Origin: Alphaproteobacteria bacterium
GTDB taxonomy: Bacteria > Pseudomonadota > Alphaproteobacteria > CALKHQ01
DNA length: 64,000 nucleotides
Assembly: GCA_965227515.1 (NCBI GenBank)
Contig: CBDDFZ010000001.1
Span: 3,936,001 to 4,000,000, forward strand
Direction of reading: 5' to 3'
The translations under genes were made by a program, and so were the position numbers. Positions 41,415 through 50,740 of this stretch are shown here, one piece after another. Every line of letters begins with the position of its first letter. Position 1 is the stretch's first letter. The notes under the pieces were generated by a model. That model saw only the letters and a list, made by a program, of their open reading frames with translations, was not told where the DNA came from and searched no databases.

Positions 41415-41551
41415 ACCCACCTCCTCAGTCAATCCGGCTGAAGGTAGGACGCTTCTGGCTCGATGGAGGTTCATCTCATCGCCTAGTTGCGTATGACGCC
41501 GCGATTGCTCAGTCTCCCATGGACGAGCGGTAAAGTTAGGGAGGAGGACCC

Positions 41552-41770
41552 ATGCTGCAAACGGTCGTTGCCGTGATTCTTCTGTGTTTTGGCGAACAGT
41601 GTGAGCTGTTGAAAGGCTACCCGCTGTCGTTCGGCAGCCTGGAGGATTGCAAGGGGCACATTGCGGAGATGACCGCGTCGGCCATCCCGGCCGTCGATGC
41701 CAAAGGGACAATCATGACCTTCTGCACGGAGCATTTCGAGATCGTCGAAGGGACCATCATGGCCCTGTAG
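41552..41770 (+). CDS. Small 4-Cys hypothetical protein
   Basis: Strong RBS GGAGGAGG; hydrophobic N-terminus; C-x4-C...C...C pattern. Confidence 0.6.
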   Translation: MLQTVVAVILLCFGEQCELLKGYPLSFGSLEDCKGHIAEMTASAIPAVDAKGTIMTFCTEHFEIVEGTIMAL

Positions 41771-41800
41771 GCGTCCCCTAGCGGAGACGGATCGCCGGCT

Positions 41801-43750
41801 TCAGGCGGCTTCCACCGAAGGCGCGTCAGAGTGCACCACGTCTGATGCGGGAATGCCGGTGACCCTCAGGTCGCCGGCGCCCTCGTCCAGCAACGCGACG
41901 TCGGACGCGGCGCGCGACGTGCGGTCGCCGATGTCGAGCAGGCGGCCGTCGGCATGGAACAGGGTCGGCTCGATACCGGGAGAGATCTCCTCCGGTGTGG
42001 CGCAGAGGCCAATGGCCGTCATCGCGCGCCCGAAAATCCGGGACGACGTGAACGCGGTGAAGGGTGCGGCCAGCAACAGGCCGACCAGGATGGGTGCGGC
42101 CCACGGCAGCAGCGCCGGCACCGACACCGCCAGCACCGCCGTCAGCACGACGCCGGCCAGCATCTGCGGCCACAGCGCCTTCGATGCCGCGCCCAGGGGC
42201 ACCGACCACGCGCCGCGGGTCTGCGCATCCCAACTGATGGTGCGGCCGAACAACATGCCGACAATGAAGATCGTGTGCGCCAAAGCCATCACCGGCGACA
42301 TCAGGAACGAGAAGAGCAGTTCCAACAGGGCGCCTGCCACGACCCGGAACCCGCCGCCGTAGCGCCGGCGCCGCCGCGCCGACGACAGCACGTCGAACAC
42401 ACCGGCCAGCTTGGGCGCGAAGGTCATGGTCAGGATCGCGATCATGAAGACGATGGCCGAACCGCCGATCTCGATCGCCCATGGGTTGTTCCCCGCCACG
42501 TCGCCGCCGCTGGACAGACCGGCATAGACCGCGCCACCGAATGCGAACATCAGGAACGCCATCCAGCATGGCGACGAGACGTACATCAGGATCGCCAGCA
42601 GCAACTGGACACGGCCCATCGGCCGGAAGCCGGGGCGCCGCAGCAGGCCGACGTACTGCATGTTGCCCTGGCACCACCGCAGGTCGCGCTTGGCATAGTC
42701 GATCAACGACGGCGGATTGTGCTCGTAGCTGCCGTACTCGTCGGCCAGCACCCGGACCTCATAACCGGCCGCCCGCAGGCGCGCCGCCTCAACCTGGTCG
42801 TGGCTGAGGATCTGGCCGCCGAAGGGCTTGCGCCCCGGCAGCTCAGGCAGCTTGCAGTGGGCGCGAAACGCATCCACCCGGACGATGGCGTTGTGGCCCC
42901 AGTACGGGCCGGCGTCGCCCTGCCACCAAGCGCTGCCCAGCGTGTAGGTGCGCATGCCGTGGCGCATGCCGAACTGGAACGTGCGCGCGAAGGCGCTCTC
43001 CGCCGGCAGCCCGACCACCAGCGTCTGCAACAGCCCGACCTTCGGATTGGCGTCCATCAACCGCGCCAGGCGGGTGATCGCGGCGCCGGACATCAGGCTG
43101 TCGGCATCCAGCACCAGCATGTAGTCGTAGTCGTCGCCGTGGTAGTCCAGGAAATCCCACAGATTGCCGGTCTTCTGGCCCGCATTGTCCTGCCGGCGGC
43201 GATAGTGGATGCGGAACGGCCGTGTCGCATCGCGCCTCAGCGCCGCGAACATCTCCGCCTCAGCCGCCACGATCTGCGCGTCGGTCGTGTCGCTGAGGAT
43301 GAAAAGGTCGAAGTGCTCCGCGTCGCCAGTCGCCTCCAGGCTCGCCAGCATGGCGCGCAACTGGCGTGCGATCAGCGCCGTATCCTCGTTATGGATCGGC
43401 AGCACGATGGCGGTGTGACCCGCGATGGGGGCGGCTGTGTCGAGCGTGTCGAGGCACGGCGTCACCACCGCGGCCGCGCGGTCGCCATGGCGCAGGATCA
43501 GCGCCAGCCCGATCAACGCGTTCCAGAAGCCGATGACGGTCCAGGGCAGCGTGCAGCCGAACAAGACGATCATCGCAATATCGACGAACGAGGTGCCGTC
43601 CGAGGTCAGGATCAGCGTCATCGCCGCCAGCGCCGCCAGCATGGTCACGCCAACGAGCGTGGCAAAGATCGCGCGCCGCAATGGCAATGGTGAGCGTTCG
43701 ACCGTCCCAGTGCCGGCGGCCATGGACTGCATTTCTGTGTGTAGTGTCAA
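41801..43750 (-). CDS. opgH: Osmoregulated periplasmic glucan glucosyltransferase H
   Basis: PIHNED, QKTGN, LDADSLMSG, YWGHNAI, LSHDQVEA, RDLRWCQGNMQ. Start uncertain (43750/43732/43723). Confidence 0.92.
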   Translation of the reverse strand: MTLHTEMQSMAAGTGTVERSPLPLRRAIFATLVGVTMLAALAAMTLILTSDGTSFVDIAMIVLFGCTLPWTVIGFWNALIGLALILRHGDRAAAVVTPCLDTLDTAAPIAGHTAIVLPIHNEDTALIARQLRAMLASLEATGDAEHFDLFILSDTTDAQIVAAEAEMFAALRRDATRPFRIHYRRRQDNAGQKTGNLWDFLDYHGDDYDYMLVLDADSLMSGAAITRLARLMDANPKVGLLQTLVVGLPAESAFARTFQFGMRHGMRTYTLGSAWWQGDAGPYWGHNAIVRVDAFRAHCKLPELPGRKPFGGQILSHDQVEAARLRAAGYEVRVLADEYGSYEHNPPSLIDYAKRDLRWCQGNMQYVGLLRRPGFRPMGRVQLLLAILMYVSSPCWMAFLMFAFGGAVYAGLSSGGDVAGNNPWAIEIGGSAIVFMIAILTMTFAPKLAGVFDVLSSARRRRRYGGGFRVVAGALLELLFSFLMSPVMALAHTIFIVGMLFGRTISWDAQTRGAWSVPLGAASKALWPQMLAGVVLTAVLAVSVPALLPWAAPILVGLLLAAPFTAFTSSRIFGRAMTAIGLCATPEEISPGIEPTLFHADGRLLDIGDRTSRAASDVALLDEGAGDLRVTGIPASDVVHSDAPSVEAA

Positions 43751-44000
43751 ACCGCTTGAACCCTATCTGGACACATGTGCGGATCCCCCTGCCGTCGACG
43801 CCCGTCGCAAATTCAAACTACTTGACTTATTCGCGCGCCAACTTCGTAGTCACGGATATTAGCATCGTTGGTGCAGTGCACAAGAGCGCATGACCAAGAC
43901 TTCAGATATATCGCGCACTTGTGAGGCAATGTCAGGGCGCGCACCGCCTTCGGCTACGCCCAGGTCCTCGCAGGTTTCGTGCCAATCGCGGGACGCAACG

Positions 44001-44027
44001 AAAAGCCCCCGCTACTAGGGCGGGGGC
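44001..44027 (-). terminator. Intrinsic terminator of the T6SS operon
   Basis: Stem GCCCCCGC/GCGGGGGC followed by TTTT on the minus strand, about 25 nt after the clpV stop. Confidence 0.7.
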
Positions 44028-44052
44028 GCTTCGGCTGGTGGGGACGCTGCGG

Positions 44053-46764
44053 TCAGGTGATCTGGAAGCCGATGCCGCCGTTCTCGTCGGCGGTCAGCGC
44101 GATGGTGCTGATCGGCTCGTTATCCGCCATGCGGCCCAGCACCTGGGCGGAGATTTCCGGCAGGATGGTGCCGGTCAGGATATTATCGATGTTACGCGCG
44201 CCGGCATCGCTGTCGGTGCAGCGCTCGGCCAGCGCCTTCACCACCTCGTCGGAATAGGTGAAGTCGGCGCCATGGTTGGCCTTGATGCGCTTGACGATCT
44301 TGTTGAGCTTCAGGCGCGTGATCATGTCGAGCATGCTCTCGTCCATCGGGTAGAACGGCACCAGCACCATGCGGCCCAGCAGCGCCGGCTTGAACTTCTT
44401 GTTCAGGTCCGGGCGAATCGCCTCGATGATGTCGTCCGGCTCCGGTCGCTCGGCGCCGCGACCGCACATCGACATGATGGTGTCGGTGCCGACATTCGAC
44501 GTCAGGATGATCACGCAGTTCTTGAAGTCGATCTCGCGGCCCTCGCCGTCCTCCAGATTGCCCTTGTCGAACACCTGGAAGAACAGCTCCATCACGTCCG
44601 GGTGGGCCTTCTCCACCTCGTCCAGCAGCACCACCGAATAGGGCCGGCGGCGCACCGCCTCGGTCAGCACGCCGCCCTCGCCATAGCCGACATAGCCGCG
44701 CGGCGAGCCCTTGAGGTTGGAGACGGTGTGCGCCTCCTGGTACTCGGACATGTTGATGGTGATGATGTTGCGCTCGCCGCCATAGAGCAGATCGGCCAGC
44801 GCCAGCGCCGTCTCGGTCTTGCCGACGCCGGACGTGCCGACCAGCATGAACACGCCGATCGGCTTGCCGGGATCGTCCAGATTGGCGCGTGCGGTGCGAA
44901 TGCGGCGCGAGATGATGTCCAGCGCGTGGTTCTGGCCGATCACCCGCTTGCCCAGCGTCTCGTGCAGCGTGAGGACCGACGTGATCTCGTCCTTCACCAT
45001 GCTGCCGAGCGGAATGCCGGTCCAGGCCGACAACACCTCGGCGATGGTCGCACCGGTGACGGTGGTGTAGACCAGCGGCGTCTCGCCCTGCAGCGCCTCC
45101 AGCTGCGCCGTGAGCTCGGCCATCCGTTCGGCCGACGCGGGCTCGGCGTCGCTGTCCTCGCCCGCCGCCTCGCCCCCTTCGGCGGCCTCCGCCGGCGCGC
45201 CGGTGTCGGCGCTGCCAGCCTCGACCTCGGCCGCGGTCACCGGCGTCTGGCCCGGCACGCCTTCCAGCTCGCTGCGCATGCGGTCCAGCTTCTCGACCAG
45301 CGCCTTCTCGCGGGTGAACTTGTCCTGGAAGTTGGCCAGCTCGCTGGTCAGGTTGGCGGTCTCTTCCTCCAGCGCGGCGATGGTGTCGGCGTGGTCGACG
45401 CCGATCTTCTGCTCGCGGCGGAGCACGTTGAGCTCCACGTCCAGCGCCTCAAGCCGGCGGGTGATGTCCTCGATCGCAGCCGGCGTGGAGTTCTGCGAGA
45501 TCTTCACCCGCGCGCATGCGGTGTCGAGCAGGCTGACCGCCTTGTCCGGCAACTGGCGCCCGGCCAGATAGCGGTTGGACAGCCGGACCGCGGCGTCGAT
45601 GGCCTCGTCCAGCACCCGCACCTTGTGGTGCTTCTCCATGGTGTCGGCGACGCCGCGCAGCATGATGATGGCGCGCTCTTCGTCCGGCTCCTCCACCTTC
45701 ACCACCTGGAAACGGCGGGTCAGTGCCGGGTCCTTCTCGAAGTACTTCTTGTATTCCGACCATGTGGTGGCCGCGATGGTGCGCAGTTCGCCACGGGCCA
45801 GCGCCGGCTTCAACAGGTTGGCGGCATCGCCCTGCCCTGCCTGGCCGCCGGCACCGATAAGGGTATGCGCCTCGTCGATGAACATGATGATCGGGTCGGG
45901 GCTCTTCTTCACCTCGTCGATCACCGCGCGCAGCCGGCGCTCGAACTCGCCCTTCACGCTGGCGCCGGCCTGCAGCAGGCCCAGGTCCAGGCTCAGCAGG
46001 GTCACCCCGTGCAGGATTGGCGGCACGTCGTCGTTGGCGATGCGCTGGGCCAGCCCCTCGACCACCGCCGTCTTGCCGACGCCGGCCTCGCCGGTCAGGA
46101 TCGGGTTGTTCTGGCGGCGGCGCGACAGGATGTCGACCATCTGGCGGATCTCGGCATCTCGGCCCAGCACCGGGTCGATCTCGCCGGCCTTTGCCCGCTC
46201 GGTCATGTTGATGGTGTACTTGCCAAGCTCGCCCTTGCCGATGGTCGACGGGCCCTTGCCCTGCGCCGCCTCGGCCGCCGCGCGATCGGATTCGACCGAG
46301 CCGTCGGTGATGTTCTCGAAGTCGGTCTTCAGCTTGTCGGTGTCGATGGCCCCGAAGATCGGCGAGATCGTCTCCAGGATGATGCCCAACTCCGTGCTCT
46401 GCAGGCCTGCGAGCAGCAGGTGGCCGGAGCGCATCGCAGGCGCCTCCAGCTCGACCGACGCCAGCTTCCACGCGCCCTCCAGCATCTGTTCAATGCGGCC
46501 GGAGAATGAGGGGATGCCTGTGTTGCCGGCCTTGTGGTTCCCCAGCGCCTTGTCGATATCGGCGCGCAGCCGGTCCTCCGACTGGTCGAACGCGCGCAGA
46601 ATGCGGTGGATGTCGGTATCGTCGCGCTCCAGCAGGGCGGCGAAGATGTGGGTGATGTCGGCTTCGTAGTGGGTGCGCGCCTTGCAGATCGAGGCAGCCT
46701 CGCCGAAGGACTGCATGCAAACCGGGTTCAGTCGCTTGATCAGCGATTGCAGGGACGAAGCCAT
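44053..46764 (-). CDS. tssH: T6SS AAA+ ATPase ClpV
   Basis: LQSLIKRLN, RRRQNNPILTGEAGVGKT, LLQAGASVKGEFE, second Walker A GTSGVGKT, NMSEYQEAH. Confidence 0.96.
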   Translation of the reverse strand: MASSLQSLIKRLNPVCMQSFGEAASICKARTHYEADITHIFAALLERDDTDIHRILRAFDQSEDRLRADIDKALGNHKAGNTGIPSFSGRIEQMLEGAWKLASVELEAPAMRSGHLLLAGLQSTELGIILETISPIFGAIDTDKLKTDFENITDGSVESDRAAAEAAQGKGPSTIGKGELGKYTINMTERAKAGEIDPVLGRDAEIRQMVDILSRRRQNNPILTGEAGVGKTAVVEGLAQRIANDDVPPILHGVTLLSLDLGLLQAGASVKGEFERRLRAVIDEVKKSPDPIIMFIDEAHTLIGAGGQAGQGDAANLLKPALARGELRTIAATTWSEYKKYFEKDPALTRRFQVVKVEEPDEERAIIMLRGVADTMEKHHKVRVLDEAIDAAVRLSNRYLAGRQLPDKAVSLLDTACARVKISQNSTPAAIEDITRRLEALDVELNVLRREQKIGVDHADTIAALEEETANLTSELANFQDKFTREKALVEKLDRMRSELEGVPGQTPVTAAEVEAGSADTGAPAEAAEGGEAAGEDSDAEPASAERMAELTAQLEALQGETPLVYTTVTGATIAEVLSAWTGIPLGSMVKDEITSVLTLHETLGKRVIGQNHALDIISRRIRTARANLDDPGKPIGVFMLVGTSGVGKTETALALADLLYGGERNIITINMSEYQEAHTVSNLKGSPRGYVGYGEGGVLTEAVRRRPYSVVLLDEVEKAHPDVMELFFQVFDKGNLEDGEGREIDFKNCVIILTSNVGTDTIMSMCGRGAERPEPDDIIEAIRPDLNKKFKPALLGRMVLVPFYPMDESMLDMITRLKLNKIVKRIKANHGADFTYSDEVVKALAERCTDSDAGARNIDNILTGTILPEISAQVLGRMADNEPISTIALTADENGGIGFQIT

Positions 46765-46965
46765 GACGTTTCCTCAGGTTTTCAGGTGTGGCGCTGGGGA
46801 TGCGGAGCGACCGCATGGTACGGCAGCCAAGGTGTCAAAAGCAATTGAAGTCAACCGCATAGGGGTGCGCAAAAGAGGGAGGCGATACCTCGAATTGGGG
46901 AGACTGACGCAAGAACTCGCCACTGCGCGCTGCCGCATTCGGGCGTTCGAAACAGCGACGGATTG

Positions 46966-47358
46966 CTAGGGGACCGTGGTCTGGACTTGGCCGGGATTGA
47001 GGATGGAGATCACCCCGCCGTAGGAGCACATGCACTGGCAGGTGTTGTCGAGCGCAGGCATGTTGCCGACCATGGTCGTCGCCTCGCCGGGCACCCAGGG
47101 GCTCGCGGTCGCCGGCACACAGGGCATCGGTGTCAGCACGCCCAGTGCCGCCGACGTCGCCGAGGCCACCGTCGGATTGCTGACCGTCGTGCACATGCCG
47201 AACGTGGGGATGTTGGTGATCGGCGCGAAGTCCATGATGTTGGCCGACAGCATGTTGCCGCATATCGGCCGCGTGGGGTCGGTCACGATCAACGTGGCGG
47301 GTGCGACGCCGAAGGAGCATTGCATCGTCGCCCCCATCACCACTTGCAATGCCGCCAT
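46966..47358 (-). CDS. DUF4280 PAAR-like spike-tip protein
   Basis: GATMQCSFG, NIPTFGMC, NPTVASAT, PCVP, W.PG, CMCSYGGVISI. Confidence 0.85.
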   Translation of the reverse strand: MAALQVVMGATMQCSFGVAPATLIVTDPTRPICGNMLSANIMDFAPITNIPTFGMCTTVSNPTVASATSAALGVLTPMPCVPATASPWVPGEATTMVGNMPALDNTCQCMCSYGGVISILNPGQVQTTVP

Positions 47359-47408
47359 AACCCCTCCGAAGTTCGATCACAGGCGCCAGCGGTGGCCGGC
47401 TCAGCCGC

Positions 47409-48800
47409 CTACTGCACTTGCGCCAGGAATGCCGCGCGTTCCTTGTCATTGGGAATGTGCTCGGCCAGCTTCTCGCATAGCTCCTTGAAGCTGCCGGCGG
47501 TCGGCACCGCGCGCTTGACCATGACCTTGGCGATCGGGCCCAGGTGCACGGCCAGCGCGCGCTGCGCGCGCACGATCTCGTCCGGCGATATGCTGACCGC
47601 AGCCGGTGCGGCCGCCGGGGCGGCAGCGGCCTGGGCCTTGGCCGCCGCACCATTGCCGCGCGACAGGAAGGACTCGCGGTCGTCCGCGTTCTGGATCGAC
47701 GTCGCCACCGTGCGATAGAGCGTGCCCAGGTCCTCGGTCTGCTTGGCCGCCTGCTCCACCACCACCTTGGCCACCGGCCCGATGTGGTAGGACAGCGCCT
47801 CGGCCACCTGGCGCAGCGTCTCCTCGTTGCGGATGCCGGTTTCCTCGGTCGGGCTGGCCATGAATGGGCTGCTGTCGTCGGCCTGCCCGCTCGGCGCAGA
47901 CGGCGCGGTCGGGCGCGGCGGCGCCTGCATCAGCACGGTCGCGTCGTCCATCGCTGGCGCGGTCGCCTCGGCCTGCAGCAGCATCTGCTTGAACTCGGCC
48001 GCGGTCGCGAACCGGTCGTCCGGGTTGCGCGACAGCGCCTTCAGCACCACCGCGTTCATAGCGATCGGCAGCGACGGGTTCAGTTCCGTCACCGGGCGCG
48101 GCGCGTGGTTCAGCAGCTTGTACATCACCTCGGTGGCGCGCTTGCCGGGGAACGGCTTGTGGCCGGTCAGCAGCTCGAACAGCACCACGCCGGCGGAGAA
48201 AATGTCGGTCCGCTTGTCGATGTCCTGGCCGGTGAACTGCTCCGGCGACATATAGCTGGGGGTGCCGACCACCGAGCCGTGCGCGGTCATGCTGGTGGAA
48301 TCGATGCGCGCGATGCCGAAGTCGGCCACCTTCACCCGGTCGCCCGGCAGCAGGATGATGTTCGCCGGCTTGATGTCGCGGTGCACGATGTTGTGGGCGT
48401 GGGCATAGTCCAGCGCGTCCAGCACCTGGCCGACGATGGCGACGGCCTTGTCGCGCTCCAGCACCTTCTGGCGCTTCAGCACGTCGGCCAGTTCCTCGCC
48501 CTCGATGAACTCCATGGCAATGTACGGCGCGTCGTCCTGCTCGCCGTATTCGAACACGGTCACGATGTTCTGGTGCAGGCAGCGGCCGGCGGCCCGCGCC
48601 TCGCGCCGGAAGCGCTGCAGCCACTCCTCGGCCTCGTCGCCGGACAGCAGGTTCCGGTGCACCATCTTGATGGCGACGTGCCGGTCGATGCCAGGGTCGT
48701 AGCCTTTGTAGACCATGCCCATGGCGCCGCGCCCAAGCAGCTTCTCCACCTGGTAGCGCCCGATCGTCTCGATCGTCATGTTTTCCTGATCCGCAGCCAT
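47409..48800 (-). CDS. Soluble Hanks-type Ser/Thr kinase (PpkA position)
   Basis: LGRGAMG, VAIK, HRDIKPAN, DFG, GTPSYMSPE; no TM segment; duplicated C-terminal helical domain. Confidence 0.92.
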   Translation of the reverse strand: MAADQENMTIETIGRYQVEKLLGRGAMGMVYKGYDPGIDRHVAIKMVHRNLLSGDEAEEWLQRFRREARAAGRCLHQNIVTVFEYGEQDDAPYIAMEFIEGEELADVLKRQKVLERDKAVAIVGQVLDALDYAHAHNIVHRDIKPANIILLPGDRVKVADFGIARIDSTSMTAHGSVVGTPSYMSPEQFTGQDIDKRTDIFSAGVVLFELLTGHKPFPGKRATEVMYKLLNHAPRPVTELNPSLPIAMNAVVLKALSRNPDDRFATAAEFKQMLLQAEATAPAMDDATVLMQAPPRPTAPSAPSGQADDSSPFMASPTEETGIRNEETLRQVAEALSYHIGPVAKVVVEQAAKQTEDLGTLYRTVATSIQNADDRESFLSRGNGAAAKAQAAAAPAAAPAAVSISPDEIVRAQRALAVHLGPIAKVMVKRAVPTAGSFKELCEKLAEHIPNDKERAAFLAQVQ

Positions 48801-48890
48801 ACTGCTATCCGGCTCCCATACATGCATTCGTTGCGCCGGGCCGCCCACCGGGCCATGTCGGCACGGCCCCGGGCGGAAGGCGCAGTATTC

Positions 48891-49769
48891 CTAGTCGTCC
48901 AGCATCTTCATGGCGTTCTCAAGGCTACGCCGCATGCGGTTGAACGACGTCGACAACGACGCGATTTCGTCCTTGCCGGTACGCGTGTATTCCTCGACCT
49001 CGCCGTCGCCCAGGCTCACCCGTTCGGCGATGTTCGCAATCTTCAACACAGGCTTTATGACGACGAACTGCAAGATCAAGTTAATCAAGATCAAGACGAG
49101 GATGAAAACGCTCGCCAGCGCCACCATGATCACCAGGAACACCGTGCGCGCGCGCTCCAGCGGCACCGACATCGGCACCGTCACCATCTGGGCCGCGATC
49201 ACCTCGCCAACCTCCCAGCCGAACCCGTTCTGGTCGCCATAGAGGTCCAGCATCGCCGGCGGCGCAACGTCCGGCGTCGAGTGGCACGAGGAACACTCCG
49301 CCGACATCCGAATCGGCCGCGCCAGCACAAGGCTGGGGCCGTTCTCCGTATCGCGCTGGGCGATAATCTCGCTCAGGTTATCGTCGTCGATGAACTGGTT
49401 GATGATGGCTGCCTCGTAGTCGTCGGCCAAGTCGTCGACCACATTGGTCGGGTTGAGCGACGCCTCGCGATAGCTGAAGGCGGGGAAACTCTCCTGCACG
49501 TCGCGGAAGATCTGGCGGGCCGGCACGGTGGGCACCGACAGCGGCAGGAAGTTGCCGGTCTGCTCCATCATCACCCGCAACAAGGGGCTGACGTCGTCGC
49601 GGATGTGCGCCCGCACGGCGGTTGCCTGCTCCATCATGATCTGGGCGTTGAGGATGACCTCCTCGCGGGCGTTGTCCTCGGCGATGCGATAGGACAGGAA
49701 CCCGGCCAGGGCCAAGCCGATCACGAATGCCAGTATCAGCACCATATTGAACTTGGTGCGCAGCCCCAT
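48891..49769 (-). CDS. DUF3365/Tll0287-like haem-c sensor with HAMP, no output domain
   Basis: TM1; periplasmic YREASLNPTN, LARPIRM, CSSCH, YGDQNGFGW; TM2; HAMP IKPV...DEIASLSTSFNRM; then stop. Confidence 0.85.
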   Translation of the reverse strand: MGLRTKFNMVLILAFVIGLALAGFLSYRIAEDNAREEVILNAQIMMEQATAVRAHIRDDVSPLLRVMMEQTGNFLPLSVPTVPARQIFRDVQESFPAFSYREASLNPTNVVDDLADDYEAAIINQFIDDDNLSEIIAQRDTENGPSLVLARPIRMSAECSSCHSTPDVAPPAMLDLYGDQNGFGWEVGEVIAAQMVTVPMSVPLERARTVFLVIMVALASVFILVLILINLILQFVVIKPVLKIANIAERVSLGDGEVEEYTRTGKDEIASLSTSFNRMRRSLENAMKMLDD

Positions 49770-49937
49770 CGCGTCAGTCTCCTTGCGGTATGCCTAGTCG
49801 AACGGCCACGTCGCGGCCGCGCATCAACTCGCGGTAACCATACCGCACAACACCTGCCGAATTCTTTCCTGGCACGAATTTTTGTCCGGGCCTACGTGCC
49901 CGAGACCTCGGGAACGGGCGCGCCAATCAGGCGCCCG

Positions 49938-49979
49938 AACTCCCTATGGAGAGCTCCCTAGGGGCAACTCCCTATGGAC
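49938..49979. repeat. Three 14-bp tandem repeats
   Basis: AACTCCCTATGGAG / AGCTCCCTAGGGGC / AACTCCCTATGGAC, overlapping the phosphatase stop codon. Confidence 0.7.
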
Positions 49980-50727
49980 CGCCCCCAGGCAGCGCGTCCA
50001 CCACCACGGCGGTCACGTTGTCCCTTGCGCCCCCGTCCAGGGCCGCGTCGATCAATGCATCGGCCGCCGCCTCCGGAGGCTTTGCGGCCAGGATGGCGGC
50101 AATCTGCTCGTCGCTGGCCAGTCTGGTCAGCCCGTCGCTACATAGCACAAATCGATCGTTGGGACCCAACTCTCCGGTCGCCACGTCCAGGTCCAACGCA
50201 TGCTCGGTGCCCACCGCCCGGGTCACCACGTTGGCGTAGGGGTGGCTGTTAGCCCGCTCCGGCGCCAGCATGCCGCCGTCGATCAGCTCCTGCACGTAGC
50301 TGTGGTCGTGGGTGAGCTGCGATATGCCGCCGTCGCGCGCCAGATAGATGCGGCTGTCGCCCGCCCAAAGGCACGCATAGTGGCGCTGAAATGCCATCAG
50401 CACGACCACGGTGCTGGCAATCACGGTGCCGGGCCCGCGCTCCACCGCCGCCTGCTGCAGCGTGGTATGGGCCGCCTGCAGCCGCGCCTTGATGTCCTGC
50501 ATCAGGTCGCGGGCCGATGTCGGCGGCGCCGTCGCGGTCAGGTTCTCGACGATCAGGTTGCTGGCATAGTCGCCGGAGGTATGCCCGCCCATGCCGTCGG
50601 CCACCGCCCACACGCCGATGTCGTCGCGGGCCATGAAGGCGTCCTCGTTGTAGGGCCGCACCTTGCCGCAGTGCGTGCGCCCGCACGAGGTGAACACGAA
50701 AGCGCCGGGCTGCATGGTCGTGTCCAC
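49972..50727 (-). CDS. pppA: PP2C Ser/Thr phosphatase (PppA)
   Basis: RPYNED, VADGMGGH, WAGDSRIY, LCSDGL, GARDNVT. Confidence 0.92.
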   Translation of the reverse strand: MDTTMQPGAFVFTSCGRTHCGKVRPYNEDAFMARDDIGVWAVADGMGGHTSGDYASNLIVENLTATAPPTSARDLMQDIKARLQAAHTTLQQAAVERGPGTVIASTVVVLMAFQRHYACLWAGDSRIYLARDGGISQLTHDHSYVQELIDGGMLAPERANSHPYANVVTRAVGTEHALDLDVATGELGPNDRFVLCSDGLTRLASDEQIAAILAAKPPEAAADALIDAALDGGARDNVTAVVVDALPGGGP

Positions 50728-50740
50728 GTACCGTCCGCCC

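Noticed and set aside
49870-49886. Sigma54-like TGGCACG motif
   Set aside because: The -12 GC is missing or mis-spaced, and it faces antisense to the T6SS genes.
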